64,000 bases of DNA from Octopus sinensis (GCF_006345805.1 NC_043014.1:30442001-30506000); one strand, 5' to 3'; positions 1-12,601 are shown, counted from the stretch's first letter. Numbers and translations are program-made. The notes: generated by a model not told the origin, from the sequence alone.

Positions 1-145
1 CTAGTTTTAAGAAAGAAAGAATGAACGAATGAATGAAAGTAGACAGACAGACAGATACATTGTGTGCATGTATGAGTGATCAGAATACTTACACTGAGAG
101 ACAGCTCTTGTGGCCAGAATACATACAGAGAAAAAACATCCACTG

Positions 146-152
146 CTAGCTA

Positions 153-204
<52 letters not shown>

Positions 205-393
205 ATATATACATATATATATACACATACATATATACATATATATATACACATACATATATACATATATATAAACACATACATATATACATATATATAA
301 ACACATACATATATAACATATATATAACACATACATATATACATATATAAACACATACATATATAATATATATATATACACATACATATATAT

Positions 394-424
<31 letters not shown>

Positions 425-495
425 AATATATAAATATATATATATAAATATATATATAATATATATATATATACATACACACACACACACACAGA
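146..495. repeat. Compound (TA)n/(CA)n microsatellite
   Basis: Direct reading; source of several spurious IY/YI-rich ORFs. Confidence 0.95.
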
Positions 496-534
496 AATGG
501 GAAAACAGCAATTGTGGGCCACCAGGATACTTAC

Positions 535-661
535 ATACTGAAGGAAAGCATGTAACTGAGGATAACTCTTAGGATCATTTGTAGCAGCAAACAATGGTTC
601 GAAGATATTCTCTAAGATCTGTTGGAAGTTGCTCACTAACTTGTTGGAACGATACACATCA
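535..661 (-). CDS. AMPD2: AMP deaminase exon (most 3' in window; the catalytic C-terminus lies beyond position 1)
   Basis: Acceptor CCTCTCTTCAAG, donor TAT|GTAAGT. (Y)[42 protein letters not shown]. 127 nt, phase 2 to 0. Confidence 0.96.
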
Positions 662-825
662 CTTGAAGAGAGGAAAAAGAAAAAAACACAAAGAATATAC
701 TATTAAAATATACACAATGAGAACATGTGGTTTTGAAATATATGCCATCAATTAGAATGTATAGCATTATTATATACAGACCCCCCACCACCACTGCTAC
801 TACCACCATTTAACATATATATATA

Positions 826-1000
826 TATCATCATCATCATCATCATCATCATTTAGCGTCCGTTTTCCATGCTAGCATGGGTTGGACGGTTCAACTGGGG
901 TCTGGGGAGCCCGAAGGCTGCACCAGGCCAGTCAGATCTGGCAGTGTTTCTACAGCTGGATGCCCTTCCTAACGCCAACCACTCCGAGAGTGTAGTGGGT
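826..1000 (-). mobile_element. RTE-LINE 3' UTR / RTE-tailed SINE with (ATG)n tail
   Basis: Minus strand ends GGAAAACGGACGCTAAATGATGATG. The same sequence directly follows RTE coding remnants at 7660-7830 and 28240-28330. Confidence 0.8.
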
Positions 1001-2057
1001 GATTTTATGTGCCACCGACACAGGTGCCAGACGAGGCTGGCGAACGGCCACGCTCGGATGGTGTTTTTATGTGCCACCGACACAGGTGCCAGACGAGGCT
1101 GGCAGACGGCCACGCTCGGATGGTGTTTTTATGTGCCACCGACACAGGTGCCAGATGAGGCTGGCAGACGGCCACGCTCGGATGGTGTTTTTATGTGCCA
1201 CCGACACAGGTGCCAGATGAGGCTGGCGGACGGCCACGATCGGATGGTGTTTGTTACGTCCCCAAAGCACGGAGGCCAGTCTATGCGGTACTGGCTACGG
1301 CCACGTTCGGATGATTTTCTTGTGTGCCACCGGCACTGGTACCACAGATACAAATTCCATTTATGTTCATCTATTTTGATTTGATTTGATTTTCACTTGC
1401 CTCAACAGGTCTTCACAAGTGTCACTTGCCTCAACAGGTCTTCACAAGTGTCACAAGAAGGAAGGTATGCACAGGTGGACTGTCTACGTCGCCGGGTCTT
1501 CGGATGGTGTCTTTATGTGCCACCGACACAGGTGCCAGATGTGGCTGGCGAACGGCCACGATCGGATGGTTTTCTTGTGTGCCACCGGTACTGGAACCAC
1601 AAAGATACAAATTCCATTGATGTTCATCTATTTTGATTTGGTTTGATTTTCACTTGCCTCAACAGGTCTTCACAAGTGTCACGCGTGTCACACACTTGCC
1701 TCAACAGGTCTCCACAAGTGTCACACACTTGCCTCTGCCTCAACAGGTCTTCACAAGTGTCACACACTTGCCTCTGCCTCAACAGGTCTTCACAAGTGTC
1801 ATAAGAGGGAAGGTATGCACAGGTGGACTGACTACGTCGCCGGGTCTTTGGATGGTGTTTTTATGTGCCACCGACACAGGTGCCAGGTGAGGCTGGCGAA
1901 CGACCACGATCAGATGGTGTTTGTTGTGCCCACAGCACGGAGGCCAGTCGATGCGGTACCAGCTACGGCCACTTCGGATGGTTTTCTTGTGTGCCACCGG
2001 TACTGGAACCACAAAGATACAAATTCCATTGATATTCATCTATTTTGATTTGGTTTG

Positions 2058-2060
<3 letters not shown>
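1000..2060. repeat. Nested tandem array: 62-bp units plus ~29-bp subrepeats in ~300-bp higher-order blocks
   Basis: GCCACCGACAC recurs at 1011, 1073, 1135, 1197 (period 62). CACTTGCCTCAACAGGTCTTCACAAGTGTCA recurs 1395-1802. The ACAAATTCCATT...TATTTTGATT block occurs three times. Confidence 0.93.
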
Positions 2061-2112
<52 letters not shown>

Positions 2113-2120
2113 TATATATA

Positions 2121-2420
2121 TCCCATGCTGTCATGGGTTGGATGGTTTAACAGGAGCTGGCAAGCCAGAAGACTGTGCCACACTCCACTGTCTACTTTGG
2201 AATGGTTTCTATGGCTTGATGCTCTTCCTAATGCCAACCACTTTACAGAGTATATTGGTTGCTTTTTGCATGGCACCAGCACCAGTGAGGTCAACAAGTA
2301 ACTTGCAAGACATGACCCCTTAACAGAGGGTGGGAGTAGTATTAAAGGAGGTGGCTTTGTGTTGGGTGATGAGAGGTTAGAGTATGATCAAGAGAGAGAA
2401 ACAGGTGACTGATGTAGAGG
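2121..2420 (-). mobile_element. RTE 3' UTR / RTE-tailed SINE copy
   Basis: CATGGGTTGGATGGTTT...CTTCCTAATGCCAACCACTTTACAGAG, shared with copies at about 5960-6085, 8100-8290, 18080-18180, 19040-19295, 45480-45600, 54090-54200, 58720-59060, 61300-61590. Confidence 0.75.
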
Positions 2421-3083
2421 AGATGCATACAACACTGAATTAACCATTAAGCAAAATAAGCACAAGGGAAGGGGGGGGTAGCAGAGAAATGGTAAATAGT
2501 TTACAGCACAAAAGAAATCACTTTAAACTAGCTAAAATAATATTTGGGATACCTTATCTCTACTCAGTACAGAAGAAAGATATGTTATGTAAGATTAATT
2601 TTGAGGATCTAATCAAAGATTTTGCAATTAAACCAGGAGGGAGAGAGAGAGAAGGTGATGATGAAGATGTATCCGGTGTACCCTCAAGTTAGAGCAAGGG
2701 GTATATAAGCTAAGTAGTATGGAGGGCTGGATAGGGTGAATGGGTAGGTAAGTTCACAAAAGTGCAAAAAAATACTGTGAGAGATGGAAGGGAGGAGAAT
2801 GTAGTGAGTGAACAACAGGTGGAGACAGGGGGAGTCATCATCATCGTTTAACGTCCCCCCCCCCGTTAGGAATTTATGATGTGGGGGAGGAAGAGATACA
2901 TTAGTGACAGAGTGTGTGCAGGTAATTTCATGAAAGTATGAAAGGAGAATGGAAGACTTAGCAGAGGAGAGGGGAATGTAGTGAATGATGAAGACAGGTG
3001 AAGGAAGGTGAGTGTTAAGAAGATGGGTTGTTAGGGGAGAGATTTGTCAGAAGCAGATTGTGCGCAGGTACATAGACAAGCCT

Positions 3084-3310
3084 TTAACTCTTTAACGTTC
3101 AGATTACTCTGTCAAATGTAAGGCTTATTTATTCATATTGTTTGAATTAATCATGTATTATCTCATAGCTTTGAAATTTCCGTGATGTAATGGTTTATTT
3201 TTAAAATGATATTGTAGGGTAGGTGTGACAAGTTGGATCTGGCTAGTTTCAGCATAAAACAGGTAGTGCTTTTGAGCTGGACATGGTCAGTTTAAATGCT
3301 AAAGGGTTAA
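3084..3310 (+). mobile_element. TTAA-flanked MITE (family C, piggyBac-like ends)
   Basis: Begins TTAACTCTTTAACGTT, ends AATGCTAAAGGGTTAA. Related copies at 17385-17606, 27905-28030, 56125-56355, 62263-62480, 63838-63970. Confidence 0.8.
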
Positions 3311-4214
3311 GGCCCTTATTTCATTTGGATGGATAGGTCTTCTCAACTACAGCAAGTAACCAATTGTCCCAATTTTTGTCATCTCCTCTGTAAGGATCAA
3401 CATCATTATAGACTGTTAGAATATATACCAATTTAATAAGCACTTAAAATGTATACAATTAGAGGTAATTCATTATTTCAGTAACTTTATGGTTTAAAAC
3501 ATCTGTCTCAATAAAAGAAAGAGTAGTACTCTTAGCATTTTGAAAAAATTATGTCAAAGCAGTAAAGAAGAGAATGTTACTTTTATAAACAGCACAGCAC
3601 ATATAGATATGGCTAGAAACTGTTACAAGCTTATCAGCAGCATCAATATATCCAATAGTACTCTCTCTCTCTCCTCTCTCTCTCTCTCTCAGTCTGTGTG
3701 TGTGTGTGTGAGTATGTGTGTCCGTCCATGTGTATGTCCGTGTGTGCGCGCATGTCTGTAAATGTGAAAGTTTTAACATTTTCCTAAAAAAAGACAGAGT
3801 ACTCTATGTTTAACTGCATAATGTATACATTATGCAAAATTGTACACATTTCAAAATTGATGCCATGGACATCACAGAATACAGAGGTAGATGTAGACAA
3901 CACTGTTTCTATATTATCCAGCGTGGTCTATCTTCTTCAATTCACAACCTATGATCATCTTAAGAGCAAAAGGACACATTGGATAATGTAGTTCTTTTAG
4001 ATATACAGAAAGACATTTAATTAGGACTGACTTGTGGTTAAACAACAATAGCTCGTAAGATTTTTTCTTTCCTCAGGAAAAAAGTTTGAAAATAACTGGT
4101 CTACAACTTCTAAGAATGCACAAGGCAAGGTGACCAAAATATGGTTTGTTTATTTCAGTGCCTTGAATTATGACCTGATTTTCAGAGAAACAAAAACTAT
4201 ATATGTAGTCTTGT

Positions 4215-4510
4215 ATTTAGGATTCTGTACTCTCACTGCAGTAAATGGGGTTCGATTCCATGCTTGGAAAATATCTTTAACAAACCAACGAGGGAACCTT
4301 TATGAGGTTGCTTGACCTGCTAGTAGCAGTAGCCAAATTTCACTCACATCACAGATTGCCATCTTAAAAAAAGAGAAGGAACTATGATGTAGTTCTAGAT
4401 GAACTAAGTCCACACCAACCCCAAAAAGGATGGTATGATCACAACAGGAATGCCTTTGTTTACAAGTCTGCAAGCACAGGGCTAACATAGGGAAAAATGA
4501 CAACACAACA
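4215..4510 (+). mobile_element. tRNA-headed SINE (family H)
   Basis: B-box-like GGTTCGATTCC, then GCTTGACCTGCTAG(A)AATAGCAGCCAAAT...GGAATGCCTTTG body. The body recurs near 6380, 21130-21340, 38170-38350, 38730-38960, 56800-57010, 58360-58530. Confidence 0.65.
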
Positions 4511-4689
4511 AATTAAACATGAACACTGTGAAGACTACATTATGAGAAGATACAGAAATGTCAGAACAACGACAGCATTTTCAATTCCCTGTCTATTTAT
4601 ATTTTACTGTTCATCCTCTTTTTCTGTTTTTTGTTACACAGGAAATTTCATTTGTTAGAAAGGAAGTTGTTATCCTTCTGGATGACAAC

Positions 4690-4880
4690 AGATAACAAAA
4701 GCATGGAATTATTAGACTGATGAACAGAGCTAGTTTGCACAACTTCAGAGTGAGAAACATCCAATAGAATCAGATAAGCTTTGAGAGGTAAATGAAGACT
4801 GGAGCAGGTGGGCTTTGTGAGAGAAAAAGATACAGTTGTTGGGATCAAATCAGATAAGGAGAACATTATTGAGCCATGAC
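4690..4880 (+). mobile_element. Highly decayed LINE reverse-transcriptase fragment
   Basis: Frameshifted RLEQVGFVRE..SCWDQI..NIIE resembles the RT motif EQAGFR.GRS..DQI..LR.IIE. Confidence 0.5.
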
Positions 4881-4896
4881 AACAGACAATGAGAAA

Positions 4897-5600
4897 TGAA
4901 CTGTATCGCTACTGTATCACAGTGACAAGGTGATTAAACTGTGTCACTGCTGTGTCATAGTGACAAGGTGATTAAACTGTGTCACTGCTGTGTCACAGTA
5001 ACTGAATAATTGAACTGTGTCACATGCTATGTCAAAGTGATAAATTAACTGTGTCCTTGTTGCATTACAGAGATAAGATAACTGAATTGTGTCATGGCTG
5101 TGGCAATGTGACTGAACTATCACAACTGTATCACAATGACAAGGTGACTAAACTGTGTTACTCTTGTGTCACAGTAACAGGGTAACTGAGCTGTGTCACT
5201 GCAGTGTCACAGTGACAAATATCCAAACTGTGTCACAGTGACTGGTTAACTGAACTGCATCACTACTGTGTCACAACGACAAGGTAGCAATACTTTATCA
5301 CTGCTATATCTTAGTGACAAGGCATCCAAACTGTGTCACAGTGACTGGTTAACTGAACTGTGTCACTGCCATGTCACAGTGACAAGGTAACTAAACTGTG
5401 ATCCTGCTCTATTATACAGACAAGGTATCTGAACTGTGTCATGGTTATGACAATGCGATAGAACTATGTCATTGCTGTATCACCATGGCAAGATGACTGG
5501 ACTGTCACAACTGTATCAAAATGTCATGGTAACTGGACTATATCATAGCTGTATCCCAGTGACAATGTAAGTAAGATGTGTGACACAGCTATATCAATGG
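4897..5600. repeat. Degenerate ~38-bp minisatellite (about 19 units) with an internal inverted repeat
   Basis: Consensus AACTGTGTCACTGCTGTGTCACAGTGACAAGGTRAYTR; arms TGTCACTG / CAGTGACA. Confidence 0.9.
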
Positions 5601-6164
5601 TTGACAGATGCTCAGAACTGTTAGTAGTAATATAATAATCCTTTTTGTTATAAGCTCAAGGGTTGACATTTTGTGGGGAGGTGGAGTGGCTAGTAGATTA
5701 CATCAATTCTAGTATGCAACTGGGTTTTTTTTTTATCAACTCTGAAAGGATGAAGTACAAAGATGACCTCAGCAGGCAGTTACATATTATATTAATAACT
5801 AGTGACAGTTCCAAAGGTCCGTTTTTCACAAAGAATTACACATGAAGAATGAATCAGAGCCTCTTTGTTGCTGCAGCTAGTGGAACCTAAGACTATGATG
5901 GAATTTGATTTTCTGAATCTAGCCTGTTACTTCTTTTGTAAATTATAAAAAATAACAGTTGGCATTTGGAAGGGCATTCAGCTGTAGAAACTACGCCACA
6001 ACAGACATTTGAAATCTGGACAGCTCCCTGCTAGTCAACCCCATGTCAAACCAGTATGGAAAGAGAATGTTAAACGATGATGACTTTACTACTGGAGTCT
6101 GTAAGAACTGAAATTGGTTGGCAGGATGTCTGGAATGCCACAAGAGTCCTAAACATTAAACTTT

Positions 6165-6371
6165 TAACATTAAACCAGCTCTGGCTCTGAGTACAAATTC
6201 TTGTTTCCATAAGTTTTGAATTAAAATCTTCCACCAAACCTTAGTCATAATTTATGTTCCTAACACTAGCTTAATGGTAACTAAGTTATTTTACTAAATT
6301 CTTTGTAATATTTAAAGTAATTGAAAGAAACACAGAACATCTCAAAATAAATACAGTAACGAAAGGGTTAA
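6165..6371 (-). mobile_element. Second TTAA-CCC MITE family (C2), partial
   Basis: Ends GTAACGAAAGGGTTAA; its reverse complement aligns with 22737-22890. Confidence 0.6.
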
Positions 6372-6684
6372 TGCAGGAGCTTAACTAGCTAGAAATAGCA
6401 AACAAATCTCCCTTTCTTTCAGATCAAGCCTGTCATTTTAAAACAAAGGAGGACACATTAAATAATGTAACAACTGATATAAAAAAAGATGGAAAGGTTA
6501 CAAACACGGTACCTTTGATTATAGCTATTCCATCTGTGACTTACAGCATCATTATTAAATAACAGATATATATAGATATATATATATATATAGTCCAGTT
6601 CACAAATTTGGATAAGTTTGTATGATGTAAACAATACAGCATCATTATTAAATAACAGAGTCAAATAAAATTTATAATACTTAC

Positions 6685-6848
6685 TATAACCTAGGAATTT
6701 GGATTAACCAACGAACATTATCTGAATGGACTTGGTTGACCACAGCCCATTTGGCTAGTTTCTCCCATTCTTGTTTAGAACGGCCATATATAGACAAACG
6801 GTATTCGGCATTTTGATATTTGCTCTCCTCCAAATCACTCATCACTTC
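6685..6848 (-). CDS. AMPD2: AMP deaminase exon
   Basis: Acceptor TCTTTTTGCAG, donor TTATA|[60 protein letters not shown](Y). 164 nt, phase 0 to 2. Confidence 0.98.
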
Positions 6849-6958
6849 CTGCAAAAAGAACCATGTGAATGTTTGATATATTTATCATAGCATGACATTA
6901 TAATGGCAATAATTATTTCCAGTTGAGTCAGATACAGAGAACAAATATAGAAAACTGG

Positions 6959-7004
<46 letters not shown>

Positions 7005-7289
7005 CAGTTCACAAATTTGGATAAGTTTGTATGATGAAGAATCTTGACATAGTGAGTAAAGACCTTCATTGGAGAAAGAAAATCATTTCCCTATTGTATT
7101 TACAAACTTTACTAAATAATTTTTCAGTTCTATATTTAAGAGATGAGGAATTATGTACATTATTTACATTTGATGGATATTTTTCCCCATTTTGACTGTT
7201 GTTAACACAACATTTCAGCTGATATACCCTCCAGCCTTCAACAGGTGTCTTGGGGAAATTTCAAACCTGAGTTCTCATTCCTAAGGGGT

Positions 7290-7830
7290 TGTTGTTGTTG
7301 TTGTAAATAAATAATTTTTAAATGAAGCCAGTAAATCGCTGGATGGGTAATTTCAGCATGCATATACGACTTAGTGTAAGTGATTTGAGAGAAAAACTGG
7401 GTATACAAGGCATCAGATGTAGTGTGCAAAAGAGAAGATTGCACTGGTAAGATCATGTAATGTGTATGAATGAAGATAGTTGCATCAAGTGCCAATCTCT
7501 GATTGTGAAAGGAATATGTGGAAGGGGTAGACCTAGAAAAGTGCCGGACAAAGTGGTAAGAAAGGATCTTCAGACATTGGGCCTCCCAGAGGGGATGACA
7601 AATGACCAAAACTCCTGGCGGTTTGCTGTGCTTGAGAAGACACGTCAAGTTAAGTAAAATTGTGGTTGTCCCTGCATAGAGGCATGTGCTCTGCATCCCT
7701 TTCCAGCTGAGCATTCCTAATCTTGTGGGTACCACATAAAATACTCCTACTACACTCTGTAAAGTAGTTGGCATTAGGAAGAGCATTCAGTTGTAGAAAC
7801 CATGCCAAAACAGACAAATGAAACTTGGGA
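7290..7830 (+). mobile_element. RTE-clade LINE 3' end (decayed)
   Basis: LREKLGIQGIRCSVQKRRLHW*DHVMCMNEDSCIKCQSLIVKGICGRGRPRKV...WRFAVLEKTRQVK*, followed by the RTE 3' UTR. Confidence 0.88.
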
Positions 7831-8849
7831 AACCAACATGGAGAACAGATGTTAAATGATAATGATGAATCTCAGGATTGCATCTATTAATATTGATAAG
7901 TGATGTCTCAAGGTGAAAAAAAAACTGAACAATGAGAGCTTTCACCAACAAGGAGAGAAAAATGGAACAGTGAGAGCTGCTAGTTGTTACCATAGCAACA
8001 AAATAGCTTGCTACAAGGTTTTACTGTTTTTACAGAAGGCCATATTGTACAAAATTTATTTCATGTAACTTAAAATAGGTTACAATTAATAAACTGTGTA
8101 AACTCAAAAAATTGGGTTGGTGACAAGAAGGGCATCTGGCAAAAGAAAATCTCTCAATAAATTCCATTTGATCTCTACACATAGAGAAAGGTGGACATCA
8201 AAACAATGTTGTTGATGTGTTGTGTGTGTATTTGTTGAAGCAATAACTTTAAAGCATGGAAAGCGGACGTTAAACGGTGATGATGATGATGAATTTGTAA
8301 CTTGTAGTAATAACATTACTGTGTCTAGTCTCAAGACAAAACTCAATTTTGGATTCAACACTTTCAGTTGGAATTAATAAATAATTATATACAATATATG
8401 TGTGTGTGAGTGTATATATGTATATGTGTATTACATAATACAATCATCCATGTATATAAATATATTTATAACTTAATTTTCAAGCTTCCCCAAAGACTAC
8501 AAAAATTCATCCAACTCCAAAATTTTGACTCCAAAGGTATCACCTCTCTCTCTTCTTCCTTTCAGACGTTTTATATTCTAGTTATAATCCTTAAATATAA
8601 AGATGTAATATACAAATTTATAAAAAGATGTTCACGAATCCAACAAATATTTCAAGAGTTATATTAATGTATTTATCCCCTTAAACATTAGCTATCAAAT
8701 TATAAAATCTGCATATTGTAGAGTTCCTTCCCTTCCAACTTGATTGAAAGTTGAAATAACCATGAAGTTCTGTGATGGTGCAATCCCCACCTGTACACAC
8801 ACCCCTGAACCCTCTCATATAATTTTTTTAAAGAAAGTATTAGGCTTAC

Positions 8850-8981
8850 CTTTATTACATTTGCAAAGTATTTGCCCCCGATGTGATTGTCAGTTTTAAT
8901 AAAAATTTCACGTAATTCACTTTGGCCAATCGGGTTGTATTTGGCATTGAATTTGTCAAATCGATGGAAAGTGTTTCGATC
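8850..8981 (-). CDS. AMPD2: AMP deaminase exon
   Basis: Acceptor CTCATTTCAG, donor AAG|[50 protein letters not shown]. 132 nt. Confidence 0.98.
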
Positions 8982-9134
8982 CTGAAATGAGGCAGAGAGA
9001 AAATGAAAATATAAATTAATAGTGTTAATTAATAAATTATTAATTGTATATCATAACATGGGAATGAAATTGTCCAAGACAAGCATTAGACTAAATACAG
9101 CCCTGTTAATAATATCACATAAACACACACATTT

Positions 9135-9165
<31 letters not shown>

Positions 9166-9170
9166 CTTAC

Positions 9171-9233
9171 TGCATGAACATCGAGCATGTCCACATTGAG
9201 ATCGTATGTATTGATTCCAAGACTATCAAACAC
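9171..9233 (-). CDS. AMPD2: AMP deaminase exon
   Basis: Acceptor TCTTCCACAG, donor GCA|GTAAGT. VFDSLGINTYDLNVDMLDVHA (AMPD2 [21 protein letters not shown]). 63 nt. Confidence 0.97.
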
Positions 9234-10539
9234 CTGTGGAAGACAACCAATGTCATGTATATATTAATTAGTTGTTTCACTTTCACATCAAAAACTTAAT
9301 TAAACAGCAGTCATATTTGTTAAGTGTTTAAGATATTTACAAAGTTTTTAAATATAGTACAGCTGTAAAGTGCTTCAGCAACTGAGATGATATTTACTGA
9401 GTAATACTGCAAAGAAATGAAACCATGCCAAACATGCAAATTTGTGTTTTTAGATACAGTAATTTTTTCCATATTAGGTTTATACTACATATCAACCATG
9501 TTGGAATAAGGAAACATTACCAATTCATAACTGAGCTATTGGCATTAAAAGAGGGCAAAAATACAGCAGAAAGCATAAGTTCCAGCATTAACTCTGTAGA
9601 ACCAGTCAACTTATGATAGTGCCAGCATGAGAATCAATGTAAATGTGATTGAGCAAAATATGACTTAAGAAAAATGTTGTTAGTGGAGTATATCCAGACA
9701 TGGCTATGAAACCACATAATTGATTATAAAACATAATTACTAAAAATGTATTAAGTTTATACAGAATATATGAGTTATATAGTTGAGATAACTATTTTAG
9801 GGTTATTTATTTTTATATCACATTTTGTGAACAACAGCAATGGGGGCCAGTCACAGGTTCACTGCATTTTTATGACAAACACAAGGGATTGTCTGTGCAT
9901 CTTGAGCAGAACAAATTCTCATGGAGTGTTTTATCTGAAGCATTACTTTTTTTAGTTTTCTCACTACGTTTACACCTTTTGTCAATATAATGTATATTGG
10001 CAAAAGATATACACATGCATTCATGTGTGTGTGTGTGTGTATGCATAGGGGCTTCTACACAGTTTCCACTACTAACTTCCACTCATAGGGCATTGGTCAA
10101 CTTGAGACTCTGGCAGACCACACTTGACCAAAGTTCTATATAGTGGGATTAAGCCTTAGATTCATGCAGTTGTGAAATAAGTGTCTGAACCACATGTCCA
10201 TGCCTGAGTCCTTTTGGCATTAACTATTCAACTGCAATAATGATATGTGATAGTGATATGTAAGCTAAAAGATGTCTCTGAAGTCACCAGTCATTTTGAA
10301 AGGTTTAAAAATGAGGCCCTCATCGTAAATATATCATCCACACTGTATAATAAATAACAAATAGTACACTAAACACTAAACAGAGTATTATATACACTAA
10401 ATAGTAGCAATAATCTTATCAATGGTAACATCAACAGTGAATCCTCAATTGCTAATAACAACAGCACCAACATGAAAAGAGTCAGAGAAAAAAAAAGTCA
10501 ATCTGTTAATCTTAAATTGGCAGCTACGCCAAAAACAGG

Positions 10540-11150
10540 AAAAGTTATTTGAATCTCAAACTATGCCTTCATATGATAGATGAAAGAATATTACCCAAAG
10601 GAGTTCCAGGAGGAACATAATGTTGCATTTCATAGGTAAGAAAATACTTCAGCCACAGGGAACTAAAACTTTACAAAGCAGCTAAAGTGAGATCTCCAAT
10701 GGAATACTGCTCATTTATCTGAGGCAGAGCTGCTACTATATACAAAGAAAGCAACCTAGACTGCATCCAAGAGATACCCCTCAACTCATTGGCAAAAAAT
10801 TGCTTGCCCCAAAACACTCCAAACTCTGTCTCACAAGCATTTTATCTTCTCTCTTTGCCTTTTCTGCCACTATTAGTGGCTTCTACCCTTCTAAGCTAGC
10901 TGGTTGGAATTACTATTCAGGAATTCCCAACTCATTTCCCCAACTTTCAATACCCATAATGTATCCACACCACAACTCTGCACAAACCAACTATGCCCAG
11001 GTCTTCTCTTAACAAAAATGTCATCCCTCTGGAATTTCTTCCCTGTCCATGTTTTTCATGAAGCTGTTCAAGAGGGTCATCAGCTACATTAATTGAACTG
11101 GTTTTGGAGGGTCTGCAAAGGTCATTGCTAAGGCTATTTCCTACAGACCA
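10540..11150 (+). mobile_element. Decayed CR1/L2/Jockey-group LINE 3' region
   Basis: TLYKAAKVRSPMEYCSFI*GRAA...LDCIQ resembles LYKAQVRP.MEYCS.IW.GA...LD.IQ. Confidence 0.6.
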
Positions 11151-11215
11151 AACCATTAAGAAATTGAAACCTTAAAAAAAGATATAACATTCTTTAAGGT
11201 TCTGGATAGGTAAAT

Positions 11216-11250
<35 letters not shown>

Positions 11251-11369
11251 AAATAATAAAGATGATGATGACAATAACAAAATATTGATAAAATAATTAT
11301 GAAAATAGAGATGATAATAATACTTTCTACTAGAGACACAAAGCTTGAAATTTTGGGAAAAAGATCTCC

Positions 11370-11665
11370 AGTGCTCAATCGGTACCTATTTTATTGACCC
11401 TGAAAGGATGAAAAGCAAAATCAACCTTGGTAAAATAGCAATAATAATAATGGGCTTCAAATTTTGGCACAAGGCCAGCAATTTCAGGGGCTGAGGTAAG
11501 TTGATTACATTGACCCATCTTCAACTGGTACTTAATTTATTGACCTCAAAAGGATGAATGGCAAACTGGACTTCAGTGGAATTTGAACCCAGAATGTGAA
11601 GACAGATAAAATGCTGCTAAGCATTTTGCCAGTATGCTAACATTTCTGTCAGTTGGCTGCCTTGA
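11370..11665 (-). mobile_element. tRNA-headed SINE family B (one full and one partial copy)
   Basis: Minus head GGCAGCCAACTGACAGAAATGTTAGCA...CTGGGTTCAAATTCC and body CTTTCATCCTTT...AAGTACCAG. Further copies at about 13040-13275, 15285-15720 (x2), 26600-26785, 34130-34770 (x3, plus), 57540-57770, 60110-60320. Confidence 0.8.
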
Positions 11666-11759
11666 TTATGTTGTTATTGTTGTTGTTGGTGGTGGTGGTG
11701 GTGATGGTTGTTGTCATCATTGTCATATAATATAATAATAATAATAATAATAATATAAT

Positions 11760-12569
11760 AATAAATGCCCTGAAGCAGTACCAGACAGTGGTTTTCATGG
11801 CTTTTGATCTTAACTGATTGGAAGTGTTATCATGTACATTGTTTTGTCTTGGTATAAAAGATGGGCTAAACCAAATATTCTGCTTAATGCCACAGATTTG
11901 CTTGTCAACTGCTTGACCATAACCAGTTGGGCATGTCTCTTAGTGGCTGACGATATGAGCATCTCTGATCACGGGCAGAAGTAGCGGGGGAACATCATAG
12001 CCATGTGCTGAGAGGAATTCTTTGGGGTTTGAATAATTCACCTCGAGAAACAAGGGTGTTTTGTTCAATGTCCTTAAACAAACCTTATTCAGGGACGTTT
12101 TCAGTGGGATGGGCTACTCAACCTGAAGAAAATTCTAACTGGGCCCCACCTGCAAAATCATGTGCTGTTTATCTTGATATGAGGTCACCATGTTACGCAC
12201 ATATGGTTGTGATGCATGTGCCTGGTGTACCCTCATCAGACAGATAGTCATGATAGGTGTATTAAGCTTCATATATTTGTACCCCAGTGTCATTTTGATG
12301 GCAGGCGCTGCTCTCTCACTCAATTAAACAAACCTTATTCAAGGACATTTTTGGCGGGATGGGCTACTGAACCTGAAGAAAATTCTAACTGGGCCCCACC
12401 TGCAAAATCATGTACTGTTTATCTTGATATGAAATCACCATGTCGCGCACATATGTTTGTGATGCATGTGCCTGGTGTACTCTTATCAGACTGGCAGTCA
12501 TGATGGGTATATTAGGCTTAATATATTTGTACCCCAGCATCACTTTGATGGCATGTGCTGCTCTCTTAC

Positions 12570-12573
<4 letters not shown>
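11760..12573. mobile_element. ~800-bp interspersed-type element bounded by (AAT)n, with an internal 250-bp tandem duplication
   Basis: 12074-12323 and 12324-12573 are diverged direct copies (TTAAACAAACCTTATTC...GCTGCTCTCT). Family not identified. Confidence 0.6.

Positions 12574-12601
<28 letters not shown>

Noticed and set aside
7-534. 216-aa ORF 7..657 and overlapping IY-rich ORFs
   Set aside because: Only 535-661 is exon; the rest reads through the GTAAGT donor into (TA)n/(CA)n. The same applies to ORFs near 20036-20408, 24206-24504, 27312, 33557-33977, 36947-37634 and 57829.
1000-2060. Regular 62-bp repeats resembling a CRISPR array, and 70-170-aa ORFs on both strands
   Set aside because: The units are contiguous with no unique spacers, there are no cas genes, and the context is a eukaryotic intron. 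The ORFs are repeat translations.
4897-5600. Palindromic ~38-bp repeats as CRISPR
   Set aside because: There are no spacers and the units are mutually diverged; it is a minisatellite.
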